DNA of 64,000 nucleotides from an uncultured Verrucomicrobiae bacterium. GTDB taxonomy: Bacteria > Chlamydiota > Chlamydiia > Chlamydiales > Rhabdochlamydiaceae. The stretch lies in assembly GCA_963718565.1 (NCBI GenBank), contig OY970364.1, positions 1,613,802 through 1,677,801 on the forward strand. Direction: 5' to 3'. Made by a program: the position numbers and the translations under genes. This document shows positions 48,142-56,969 of the stretch, in pieces. How positions within the stretch are numbered: the first letter of the stretch is position 1; every line of letters begins with the position of its first letter. The notes under the pieces are model-generated. The model saw only the letters and a list, made by a program, of their open reading frames with translations, ran no database searches and was not told the DNA's origin.

Positions 48142-48385
48142 TATACTGCGCCCAGCCTAAAAATATGAATTTAGGGAGTCTTAGAACAGCCCAGGCTTGA
48201 GCGAAGCAAAGCGCTCGTGACGAGGAGGTACTAAATTAATACCTCCGAGGCTGCGGACACTTTGCAAATGTCCGGTGGACATTTGCGAAGGGAAGCAAGT
48301 GAGCGAAGCGAACCGGGAAGATCGTTCAAAAATGGGCTGTTATAATGGCCCCGTAAATTCACATTTTTAGGCTGGACGCAGTATA
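48142..48385. mobile_element. Family M MITE containing a nested family K element
   Basis: About 33-bp TIR TATACTGCG(C/T)CCAGCCTAAAAAT(A/G)TGAATTTA; TA ends. Confidence 0.85.
48182..48344. mobile_element. Family K MITE (163 bp)
   Basis: TA(G/T)AACAGCCCA ends; carries the GGCTGCG..GCGAACCGG module. Confidence 0.7.
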
Positions 48386-48480
48386 TCTCTAATGCTTTTT
48401 TCTTAAAAGTTAGAAAGTTGGCTTTCTTCCAAAAAAAGCTTGGAAATAGCACAATGAAAGTAAATTGAGGTCGTGTCCGT

Positions 48481-49314
48481 ATGCGCATTCTTTTTACTTT
48501 GCTCAGTTTAGGCGCTGCTTGTTACGGGATATGGTGGCTTACTTCCACAAACCCCGAAGTGAAGACCAAAGTCGAAGACATTCTCAATACAGGCTCTTTT
48601 AATACCCTCGAGATCCGCTATACAGCCAATCAAATCATGGACGCTCATCGCAAGCATCTTCTCAAAGACAACCGTCACCGATATCTTGAACCTTCGATGA
48701 AATTTTATCCCTATCTTCTACTCGAGGTAAAATATACTGTTTCGGACAAGAAAACGAGAGAAGGTGTCATCTTATGGGATTTAATCGATGGCGAGATGGT
48801 CATCGACACCAAGCAATGGGAAAAAACGCACGGGTTTAGCGATTGCATCAATGCAAATACAGATCCGCATGAATTCAAGGTCATCAATACTTTGGCCTAT
48901 AAAGGCGGATCGGCCGACCGAGAAGCTCTGATCAAAGCGCTGCACGTCGAAAACGATGTGTTAGATGCTTGGCTCGAAAGCTGTCGACGTAAAAAATTAA
49001 TTGTACAATCCGGCAATCGATACCGCCTTCATCTAGAAAATCCCCATCTTAAAATGCTTCCTGCCACCAAACTCGACGAACGTTTGGTGACTAAGCCCCA
49101 CCGCAATGCCGACCGCATTCCTAACCGCTATTCTCTTTCGCAAATTGAGAAAATCACTCGGGCCGCCTTCGGCAATGAATTTGCGATCCGCAAAACAACG
49201 GATATCTATCTGCCTGTCCATTGCATCGTCGTGCAAAACCCTGATGGATCGATACATACTAGTCTCTGGAATGCCCTCAATGGCAAACGCTTGCAATCCC
49301 ATTCCATTGAATGA
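48481..49314 (+). CDS. Hypothetical membrane-anchored protein
   Basis: 277 aa, N-terminal TM, clean coding ORF. Confidence 0.8.
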   Translation: MRILFTLLSLGAACYGIWWLTSTNPEVKTKVEDILNTGSFNTLEIRYTANQIMDAHRKHLLKDNRHRYLEPSMKFYPYLLLEVKYTVSDKKTREGVILWDLIDGEMVIDTKQWEKTHGFSDCINANTDPHEFKVINTLAYKGGSADREALIKALHVENDVLDAWLESCRRKKLIVQSGNRYRLHLENPHLKMLPATKLDERLVTKPHRNADRIPNRYSLSQIEKITRAAFGNEFAIRKTTDIYLPVHCIVVQNPDGSIHTSLWNALNGKRLQSHSIE

Positions 49315-49357
49315 TCCTTGCCCGGAAAATCCTAAAGCGAGTAAACTTTTGCTCCTT

Positions 49358-49447
49358 GGAAAGATGGCTGAGTGGCCGAAGGCACGTCCCTGCTAAGGAC
49401 GCGTACCCGCTAAACGGGTACCGAGGGTTCAAATCCCTCTCTTTCCG
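49358..49447 (+). tRNA. tRNA-Ser(GCT)
   Basis: GGAAAGA/TCTTTCC acceptor, CGTCC-CTGCTAA-GGACG, long variable arm, GAGGG-TTCAAAT-CCCTC. Confidence 0.97.
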
Positions 49448-49456
49448 AAACTTCCT

Positions 49457-49484
49457 GAGCCCTGAAATCTTTCAGGGTTTTTTT
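49457..49484 (+). terminator. Intrinsic terminator after tRNA-Ser
   Basis: CCCTGAAA-TC-TTTCAGGG followed by a T run. Confidence 0.75.
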
Positions 49485-49514
49485 ATCTTATAGAGCCTAT
49501 AAAAGGAGATTGCT

Positions 49515-49634
49515 ATGTTCTGCAAAGTCTTATTTATCATGCTTTTCTCGGTTTTCACCACTTTTTCCTATGCAAATTTTAGCGCATGCGATTTATCTCA
49601 CAAAGATGTTCCCTCAATTATACATTCTTCTTAG
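49515..49634 (+). CDS. Possible 39-aa secreted peptide or gene remnant
   Basis: AAGGAG RBS; MFCKVLFIMLFSVFTTFSYA signal-like sequence. Confidence 0.35.
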   Translation: MFCKVLFIMLFSVFTTFSYANFSACDLSHKDVPSIIHSS

Positions 49635-49694
49635 AAGATTGCATAAATATCCCTAAGTCACAATACTTCAAAGATACTTCCCACCAGGTGCCCT

Positions 49695-51146
49695 ATGTCT
49701 GAAGAGCTCGCTTCAAAAGATAAAGTCAGAATCGCCCCCAATTCTAAAGAGTCAGAAATGATCGTGCTCGGCTCAATGCTTACAAGCATTAATAGTTTAA
49801 ACATAGGAGCCGATGGACTTGATGAGGGAGATTTTTACTTCACCGAACATAGAATCATTTTTCAGGCTTTAAAGAATGCTTATCGCAATGACAAGCCTGC
49901 GGATGTGCACCTGATCGGTGAAGAGCTCAAAAGGCAGGACAAACTTAAAGCCATCGGTGGCTTAGGCTATCTGACGACGTTGGCACAATACGCCGGAACT
50001 TCAGCCTATATTGAAGAATATATCGAACTTGTTCGAGATAAATCCATTCTTCGCAGAATGATCAATGTCGCACAAGAAGTAGAGCGAGAGGCCCTCAATA
50101 ATCCCGAAGATGTGCATGTTCTTCTCGACGACACTCAAGCCAAATTTTTCCTCATTAGCCAGGCTGCTAATTTCAATGCCGGTATTTTAATCAAAGATCT
50201 TCTCTCCGGGGTGAAGGCATCTTCTCAGTTGCCTTACCTCAAGGAACTCCAAGAGCGCCAAGAGCGCTTTCAGAAAAAGGGACCTGATGAATTAGGAATC
50301 ACGGGAATCCCCACACACTTTGTCGATTTGGATAAATTGACCAACGGCCTTGGCGCCTCCAACTTAATGATCCTCGCGGCGCGGCCCGCAATGGGAAAGA
50401 CCGCCCTTGCACTCAATGTTGTTGAAAATGTCGCTTTTAAAAATTCACTTCCCGTAGGTATCTTCTCTTTGGAAATGACCGCCGAGCAGCTTCTCCATCG
50501 CATGATCTGCAGTCAGGCAGAAGTCGAATCGGATAAAATTCGGACAGGTTCGGTCAACGGCATCGAATACCAACGCATCGTCGCTGCTGTCAATTCCATG
50601 ATGAAAGGAATTGTGATTATCGACGACCAGCCTGGATTGAAAATCACTGATTTACGCGCCCGTGCACGCCGTATGAAAGAAAGTCATAACATCCAACTTC
50701 TCGTCGTCGACTACCTGCAGCTGATCTCAGGTTCGGGACTTTCGCGTAGCGGGGAAAATCGTCAAAATGAAATTTCTGAAATTTCGCGTATGATGAAAAC
50801 TTTAGCACGCGAATTGAATTTGCCCATCCTCTGTTTATCCCAGCTCTCCCGTAAAGTCGAAGAAAGGCAAGGCCATCGTCCTATGATGAGTGATTTGAGA
50901 GAAAGCGGCGCGATCGAGCAGGATAGCGATATCGTGATGTTCTTATTGCGCCGGGAATACTATGATCCTTATGACAAACCGGGAATGGCAGAGTTGATTG
51001 TTGCTAAAAACCGTCATGGAGCTGTGGGAAGTGTGAACCTGACTTACCGAAAAGAACTTGCACAGTTTGCCAACTATTCGCCCATGCATGCAAGTGCTAG
51101 CCCTTCTGCAGATAACGATGAGGCTTTCGCTGCTTTTTCTCATTGA
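49695..51146 (+). CDS. dnaB: Replicative DNA helicase
   Basis: AARPAMGKT, SLEM, VDYLQL, LSQLSR, SDLRESGAIEQD, KNRHG. Confidence 0.98.
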   Translation: MSEELASKDKVRIAPNSKESEMIVLGSMLTSINSLNIGADGLDEGDFYFTEHRIIFQALKNAYRNDKPADVHLIGEELKRQDKLKAIGGLGYLTTLAQYAGTSAYIEEYIELVRDKSILRRMINVAQEVEREALNNPEDVHVLLDDTQAKFFLISQAANFNAGILIKDLLSGVKASSQLPYLKELQERQERFQKKGPDELGITGIPTHFVDLDKLTNGLGASNLMILAARPAMGKTALALNVVENVAFKNSLPVGIFSLEMTAEQLLHRMICSQAEVESDKIRTGSVNGIEYQRIVAAVNSMMKGIVIIDDQPGLKITDLRARARRMKESHNIQLLVVDYLQLISGSGLSRSGENRQNEISEISRMMKTLARELNLPILCLSQLSRKVEERQGHRPMMSDLRESGAIEQDSDIVMFLLRREYYDPYDKPGMAELIVAKNRHGAVGSVNLTYRKELAQFANYSPMHASASPSADNDEAFAAFSH

Positions 51147-51206
51147 TTACCAATGGGTTACACGAAAAATCTCCCGAGCATTGGCCTCTGCTAATTTTTT
51201 ATTTTA

Positions 51207-51297
51207 GAGGGAATTGCAAAACTCCTCGCTGCATAAAACGGCAAGCCAAGATTTGAACTGATTTCGCGAGCGAAGCGAGTGAAATTAGTCCAAACCC
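51207..51297. repeat. Family E end plus a GCGAAGC-containing hairpin
   Basis: GAGGGAATTGCAAAACTCCTCGC; ACTGATTTCGC-GAGCGAAGCGA-GTGAAATTAGT. Confidence 0.65.
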
Positions 51298-51401
51298 AAG
51301 TATAATCCCTTTACTTTTTCTTATTTTGCTTATAAACTCGCCATTTACTTTTTAATAGACCCTTTTTAAGTTGATATTTAGATCAGGGAGCATTATTCTC
51401 T

Positions 51402-51488
51402 ATGGCATCTGTAAAGAAAAAACGCCGTGCTAAGATCGCAAAGCACAAAAGAAAAAAAAGACGCCGCCGTGATCGGCACAAAAAATAA
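51402..51488 (+). CDS. 28-aa basic protein, AURKAIP1/COX24 (bS22/mS38-like) family; not in the ORF track
   Basis: MASVKKKRRAKIAKHKRKKRRRRDRHKK; GGGAG upstream. Confidence 0.8.
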   Translation: MASVKKKRRAKIAKHKRKKRRRRDRHKK

Positions 51489-51521
51489 CTCTAAAAATTA
51501 GAGTTGTTTCGAGAGGGCCTC

Positions 51522-51695
51522 TATACCGAAACAACATGAAGAATTGAAATTTTGGCAAAGCTGGCGCCCAAAGTTTGAACCAGCGAAGCGGCGACGAAGC
51601 AGCACAACTTGAACAAGTTGTGCGATGCAGGCGGGATCAAAATCTGGGATGTCCAGCGCAGCCAAAAAACCGATTCTTCATGTTGTTTCGGTATA
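51522..51695. mobile_element. Family D MITE, diverged copy (174 bp)
   Basis: TATACCGAAACAACATGAAGAA..TTCTTCATGTTGTTTCGGTATA; shares GCACAACTTGAA(C/T)AAGTTGTGCGATGCAGGCGGG core. Confidence 0.88.
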
Positions 51696-51759
51696 AACTT
51701 AAGCAATGAAAGTCTATTGCAGTAGGGGTTTTTGTCATTACTCAATCCGTTCTTTTTGA

Positions 51760-51827
51760 CCTGAGTTTTGGACTTTTTTTATAGTAAACTGGGCGCAGTA
51801 TGGTATGAAATGAACCCAAAACTCAGG
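51760..51827. repeat. Family A MITE (68 bp)
   Basis: CCTGAGTTTTGG..CCAAAACTCAGG; flanks TTTTTGA/TTTTTTA. Confidence 0.78.
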
Positions 51828-51838
51828 TTTTTTAAATC

Positions 51839-53671
51839 ATGTGGACATACCCAGAAGAATTTGATGTCATTGTCGTAGGTGCCGGACACTCGGGTTGTGA
51901 AGCTGCACATGCAGCTGCAAAAATGGGAGCCAAAACTCTCCTATTGACAATGAATCTGGACACGATCGCCAAGATGAGTTGCAATCCGGCTGTTGGGGGG
52001 ACCGCGAAGGGACATATCGTCCGTGAAATCGATGCTCTTGGCGGGATCATGGGAAAAGTGACGGATCAAACAGGAATTCAGTTTCGGATGCTGAATGCCT
52101 CCAAAGGGCCAGCTGTCTGGTCTCCACGAGCGCAAACGGATAAGTTCGCTTACGCAGCCGCCATGAAACATCGCCTCGAGAAAGCCCCCAACTTGTTGAT
52201 TAAGCAAGGGACCACGGAATCTCTTGTTGTTGCAGGAAATAAGATCTGCGGACTCGCAACCCTGGAAGGGATTGGCTATCAAGGTAAAACCCTTATCATT
52301 TCCTCTGGGACATTTATGCGAGGCTTGATCCATATTGGACAGGCCCAATTTCCAGGCGGAAGGGCGGGAGATAAGCCTTCCGTGGGTTTGTCTGCCCATT
52401 TAGAATCGCTTGGGTTTAGATTAGGACGGTTAAAAACAGGCACACCACCGCGCATCAACCGACGCAGTATCGACTTTTCTCAAATGCAAGAGCAGCCTGG
52501 AGAAGAAGGCATCCGTTTTTCTTACGATGAAGCGGAAGGTCCAGGCCTTCCCCAAGTCCCATGCCACATCACTTATACTAACGAGGAGACCAAGAAAGTC
52601 ATCCGCGAAAATCTCCATCTTTCTCCGATGTACTCCGGACAAATCAAAAGTATTGGTCCAAGATACTGTCCTTCCATTGAAGATAAAATCGTCCGATTTG
52701 CAGATAAAGAGCGGCATCAATTGTTCCTCGAACCCGAAGGTTTAAACACGGAAGAAATTTACGTTAACGGAATTTCATCCTCTCTTCCTTTCGATGTCCA
52801 GCTCCGCATGCTGCATACGATTCAAGGACTGGAAAAAGCAGAAGTCATGCGCCCCGCTTATGCGATCGAATACGACTACGTGAAAAGCGGACAGCTTTAT
52901 TCCACTTTAGAAACTCAACTTATCGAAGGTTTGTTCTTCGCGGGACAAATCAATGGGACAACAGGATATGAGGAGGCGGCGGGGCAAGGCCTCATTGCTG
53001 GAATCAATGCCGCATTGAAAGTTGCTAGCAAACCTCCTTTTGTCCTCAAGCGCTCTGAGGCATACATCGGCGTCATGATCGATGAGCTCATTTCTAAAGA
53101 ACTCGATGAGCCTTATCGCATGTTCACAAGCCGTGCAGAGCATCGTCTGCTGCTTCGTCAAGATAATGCCGATCTGCGTTTGCGCGAATTTGGGTACCAT
53201 TTGGGATTGATTGACTCCGGACGTTATCAACGGCTCCAAGAAAAGAAAACATGCATAGAATCTGAAATTGCCCGACTGACCAAAACGTACTGTCAAGTTA
53301 ATGGAAAATCGATATCTCTTGCACAGCTTCTCTGTCGTCCAGAATTTACCTGCCAAAAAATTTTGGAAGAATTCTCCGATCGTGTCACTGATTACGGCCC
53401 AGAGATCAACTTCCAAATTGAGCTGAACTTAAAGTATGCAGGATATATTGAAAGGCAGACGCAAGAAGCGGCCAAATTGGAAACGATCGAACGTTTTCTG
53501 ATTCCCAAAAATTTTAATTTTTTAGAAGTCACAGGATTAAGCAATGAGGCACGTGAAAAACTCCATCGTATTCAACCTTCCAATCTCGGGCAAGCTTCCC
53601 GCGTTTCCGGTGTTTCCCCAGCAGATATCTCCGTTTTAATGGTTGCACTCAAACAAAATCAAAAAAGGTGA
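51839..53671 (+). CDS. mnmG: tRNA uridine 5-carboxymethylaminomethyl modification enzyme
   Basis: [45 protein letters not shown]. Confidence 0.98.
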   Translation: MWTYPEEFDVIVVGAGHSGCEAAHAAAKMGAKTLLLTMNLDTIAKMSCNPAVGGTAKGHIVREIDALGGIMGKVTDQTGIQFRMLNASKGPAVWSPRAQTDKFAYAAAMKHRLEKAPNLLIKQGTTESLVVAGNKICGLATLEGIGYQGKTLIISSGTFMRGLIHIGQAQFPGGRAGDKPSVGLSAHLESLGFRLGRLKTGTPPRINRRSIDFSQMQEQPGEEGIRFSYDEAEGPGLPQVPCHITYTNEETKKVIRENLHLSPMYSGQIKSIGPRYCPSIEDKIVRFADKERHQLFLEPEGLNTEEIYVNGISSSLPFDVQLRMLHTIQGLEKAEVMRPAYAIEYDYVKSGQLYSTLETQLIEGLFFAGQINGTTGYEEAAGQGLIAGINAALKVASKPPFVLKRSEAYIGVMIDELISKELDEPYRMFTSRAEHRLLLRQDNADLRLREFGYHLGLIDSGRYQRLQEKKTCIESEIARLTKTYCQVNGKSISLAQLLCRPEFTCQKILEEFSDRVTDYGPEINFQIELNLKYAGYIERQTQEAAKLETIERFLIPKNFNFLEVTGLSNEAREKLHRIQPSNLGQASRVSGVSPADISVLMVALKQNQKR

Positions 53672-53674
53672 TTC

Positions 53675-54616
53675 ATGACCAGCTCAGATTCACTCCCGAT
53701 CATTTTGGTCGTTTCTGCGGACAGCTACAAAAGCGCTTTTTTTAAACGCACGCTGCAAGGGTTATTTTATGTGATCGATGCCACTGATAGTTTTACAGCC
53801 GTTGATTGGCTGAAAGGCGTGCACGCTTCCCTCATTATTCTCGATGAAAAAACTCTCTCAAACACATGGCCCATTATCGCCGATCATATTAGAACCTTAA
53901 GCGGCTATCGCGAGGTTCCTCTTTTATTGATCACTAATAACCTTAAAAAAAATTTTCTCGTTAAAGCGCTAAATATGGGGATTACCGATTTTCTCAATGA
54001 GCCTTTCGATGCGGATGAAGTATTTCAGCGTATTCTTGTCGCTACTCAATCAAAGCCCGTGACAAAAAAAATCACTCTAATGGCTAAAAAATTCAAAAAA
54101 ACGCCCTCCATATCCCCTGCTAAACTCTCTTCACCTCAACGTTTTGTCATTACTGAAGATGCCATCAAAGAAATTGCGACAGTGCAGCGAAAACATCAAT
54201 CGATGTGTTTGCTGCTCTTAGAAATGGATGGCTTTCAAAAAATCGCCCAGGAAGTTGGCGAGGGAGGGGCGCAGAAACTCCTCTCGCATATTCAACATCT
54301 GTTCAAAACTCATCAACGGCGCCTAGACGTCATCTTACCTCAAGGCAATGGCCGGTTTTTATGGATGTTGCCCAATACTTCTCATCGCGCCGCAATGACA
54401 ATAGCGGAGACTTTGCGCAAAGAGATTCAAGAAAAACCGTTTCCTATCAAATCGCATTCCATTCCGCTCTCTTTATCGATTGGAGTCGTCACTCTCGATA
54501 AAAACTCTGTCTTGTCTCAAAGCGCCTATGACCAATTCGGCTCTTTACTAGGAAAAGTTGACCGTGCTCTTAATAAAGCCAAGCAAAAAGGCAATCAAAT
54601 TATTTCGGAGAAGTAA
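53675..54616 (+). CDS. Receiver + degenerate GGDEF protein
   Basis: LIILD receiver; LEMDGF, RRLD I-site, GNGRF in place of GG(D/E)EF, SLSIGV, KQKGN. Confidence 0.75.
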   Translation: MTSSDSLPIILVVSADSYKSAFFKRTLQGLFYVIDATDSFTAVDWLKGVHASLIILDEKTLSNTWPIIADHIRTLSGYREVPLLLITNNLKKNFLVKALNMGITDFLNEPFDADEVFQRILVATQSKPVTKKITLMAKKFKKTPSISPAKLSSPQRFVITEDAIKEIATVQRKHQSMCLLLLEMDGFQKIAQEVGEGGAQKLLSHIQHLFKTHQRRLDVILPQGNGRFLWMLPNTSHRAAMTIAETLRKEIQEKPFPIKSHSIPLSLSIGVVTLDKNSVLSQSAYDQFGSLLGKVDRALNKAKQKGNQIISEK

Positions 54617-54629
54617 TACTTGGAAAAAT

Positions 54630-55331
54630 ATGTTTCAGGTGCTTCGATTAAAATCTTATCCCATTTTTGACCAACTTCTCCTCGAAGAGAAACTCTTGCG
54701 TTCTGATTCAGGCAATTGGTGTCTGATCAATGAAGGCTCAACACCTGCGATTGTGATGGGCATTTCTGGGAAAAAGGAGGAATGGGTCGATTGTGCAAGA
54801 GTTGCAGAAGATAAGATCCCTTTGATTAAACGATTCAGTGGTGGCGGGACCGTCTTTGTCGATGAGGACACTTTGTTCATTACTTTCATTTGTCAAAAGC
54901 AGCTTCACAATTTTCCTGCTTATCCCGAGCCAATCATGCGATGGACAGAACAGATTTATGCGCAAGCGTTCCAACACCCTGGATTTTGCCTAAAAGAAAA
55001 TGATTATGTCATCGAAGATCGAAAATTCGGCGGTAATGCACAATACATCAAAAAAGATAGGTGGCTGCATCACACTTCCCTTTTATGGAATTTCTCTTCC
55101 GAAAAGATGCAGTATCTGCTTCATCCTAAAAAAACGCCTTCCTACCGCTCTGGACGCCCGCATGAGGAATTCCTTTGCCGGCTCTCGGAATATTTTGCTG
55201 ATAAGGAAGAATTCATTGAACGGGTTATCCATGAAATTGGGAAACGCTTCCCTATTCAGAAAATTTCTCTGGAAGAAGCGCAATCCATCCCTCAACATTC
55301 CACTCGTCAATCAACTAAAAGATATGGGTAA
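54630..55331 (+). CDS. lplA: Lipoate-protein ligase A family protein
   Basis: KRFSGGGTVFVD, KFGGNAQ, HHTSLL. Confidence 0.9.
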   Translation: MFQVLRLKSYPIFDQLLLEEKLLRSDSGNWCLINEGSTPAIVMGISGKKEEWVDCARVAEDKIPLIKRFSGGGTVFVDEDTLFITFICQKQLHNFPAYPEPIMRWTEQIYAQAFQHPGFCLKENDYVIEDRKFGGNAQYIKKDRWLHHTSLLWNFSSEKMQYLLHPKKTPSYRSGRPHEEFLCRLSEYFADKEEFIERVIHEIGKRFPIQKISLEEAQSIPQHSTRQSTKRYG

Positions 55332-55337
55332 TAACAT

Positions 55338-55409
55338 GTGTCCGCGTTTCCGACATATGAAATGGAGGCATTACTTCAATGCCTAGCCTCAACACTTTGA
55401 TTTACACCC
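55338..55409. repeat. Family B half copy
   Basis: Reverse complement of the left arm of 5410-5556. Confidence 0.85.
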
Positions 55410-55455
55410 CCAAAATTTACAAAAATTGCCTCAAAATCTAAGACAATTTACTATA

Positions 55456-55684
55456 GAGGGAATTGCAAAACTCCTCGCCAGCAGAAAATCGATGATTTTG
55501 GCACCTGTTGCCAGAACCCGCACAGCGGGTTCGGTTGGCGGCGGCGAAAGCATACTTGGATAAGTTGGCTGCGAAGACACGAAAAGGTCCGGGGAACCTT
55601 CGTAAGTAGCAAAGCAGGTGAGCGAAGAGCGAACCGGGGCCGAAGGCAGCCGCCGCCAAGGCAACAGGTGCCAAAAGCGCGATT
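55456..55684. mobile_element. Family E copy carrying the extra ~80-nt module, one end truncated
   Basis: Aligns to the reverse complement of 59969-60150 apart from the insert at 55566-55647. Confidence 0.85.
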
Positions 55685-55709
55685 AGAGAACCCAAACTTT
55701 GAGGCTTTT

Positions 55710-56159
55710 ATGTCATCACTTGATGTCCGTCTTCATGACTGTATTGAAAAATACAACGTTCTACAGAAACCAACAGAGCAAATTAACGCATATTTCCAAG
55801 AACACCCTAATTTCTATAAGGTCGCTCTACTTGTAAATCACGTTTGTCGCGCCCTTGCCATGGCCGCTTTCTGTTCAATGCTCCCCTTTTCAGGTGCGAT
55901 CAACGTCGCTATTTGTTTTGCAGGATCGCTCTTTTACCGCCTCACTGTGGAAACGAATTGCGCCTATAAATTTGCTCTTCCAGCTTTTGCTGGATCGATC
56001 GCAATCCCGATGGCAATGACGGCACTAAATCCTATCATCACTGGCGTGGCTCTTGCTTCATTAACCGGCCTTGGCCCCGCCTTTGTTTCCCTCATTCCAC
56101 TCGCTGCTTATATCACTTACATTGTCTTGACGGTGAACTATGACGTGGACAATCGCTAG
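55710..56159 (+). CDS. Hypothetical multi-pass membrane protein
   Basis: Several hydrophobic segments; the ORF-track start at 55668 lies in the repeat. Confidence 0.7.
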   Translation: MSSLDVRLHDCIEKYNVLQKPTEQINAYFQEHPNFYKVALLVNHVCRALAMAAFCSMLPFSGAINVAICFAGSLFYRLTVETNCAYKFALPAFAGSIAIPMAMTALNPIITGVALASLTGLGPAFVSLIPLAAYITYIVLTVNYDVDNR

Positions 56160-56180
56160 AGGGAGTTGCAAAACTCCTCG

Positions 56181-56957
56181 CTAACTATCTGGAAGGCTAA
56201 TCATTTCCTTGAGGGCTTGTTTAACAACAGAGCGTCCCATCAGCGCAATTGATTCGGTCAAAGGGATCTTTTTGGGGCAGACCGCAGCACAATTTTGCGC
56301 ATTACCGCAATCTGTGACTCCCCCTTCTTCCATCAAAGGACGAAGACGCTCACCTTCCATCAACTTACCGACCGGATGCGAGTTGAAAAGACGCACTTGA
56401 GAAATAGGCGCAGGACCGATGAATTTGGAGCGCGCATTCACTTGAGGGCAAGCTTCGGTGCAGCAGCCACAAGTCATGCAGGTAGAGAGGACGTACATCG
56501 CTTCTTGAACTTTGGGACTGATTTTAGGTCCAAACCCGCGATCAAGCGCATCGTCCACTTCAACCCAGGCTCTGATTCGCTTAAGACTCTCGAACATGAG
56601 ATCGCGATTGATGACAAGATCTTTGACAAGAGGAAATTTTGTCAACGGGGCAATGGCTACGGTATTGCTTGCAGTGGATTCAAGCAATTGATGGATCAAG
56701 GCCGTACAACCCTGTCTTGGGCGGCCATTGATCAACATGGAACACGATCCGCAAACCTCTTCCAAGCACCCTTGTTCCCAAGCAACGGGAGTGACTTTTT
56801 CTCCTTTGTGATTGATGGGATTTTTTTGAACCTCCATCAACGCTGCGGTGATATTAAAATAAGGCTTGAGTTCCAGTTCAAATTCTTCCCAATATTGCTT
56901 TCCAGAAACGCCGCGATACACTTTAAGAATAAATGTTCTTTTTGGCTTGTTTTCCAT
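56181..56957 (-). CDS. sdhB: Succinate dehydrogenase Fe-S subunit
   Basis: CLEEVCGSC, CMTCGCC, CGNAQNC..CP. Confidence 0.97.
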   Translation of the reverse strand: MENKPKRTFILKVYRGVSGKQYWEEFELELKPYFNITAALMEVQKNPINHKGEKVTPVAWEQGCLEEVCGSCSMLINGRPRQGCTALIHQLLESTASNTVAIAPLTKFPLVKDLVINRDLMFESLKRIRAWVEVDDALDRGFGPKISPKVQEAMYVLSTCMTCGCCTEACPQVNARSKFIGPAPISQVRLFNSHPVGKLMEGERLRPLMEEGGVTDCGNAQNCAAVCPKKIPLTESIALMGRSVVKQALKEMISLPDS

Positions 56958-56969
56958 GCTTTCTTCTAC

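Noticed and set aside
55431-55695. Short ORFs over family E (also 59967-60236, 6274-6465, 48231-48488, 28835-29017, 61017-61260)
   Set aside because: Repeat-derived reading frames
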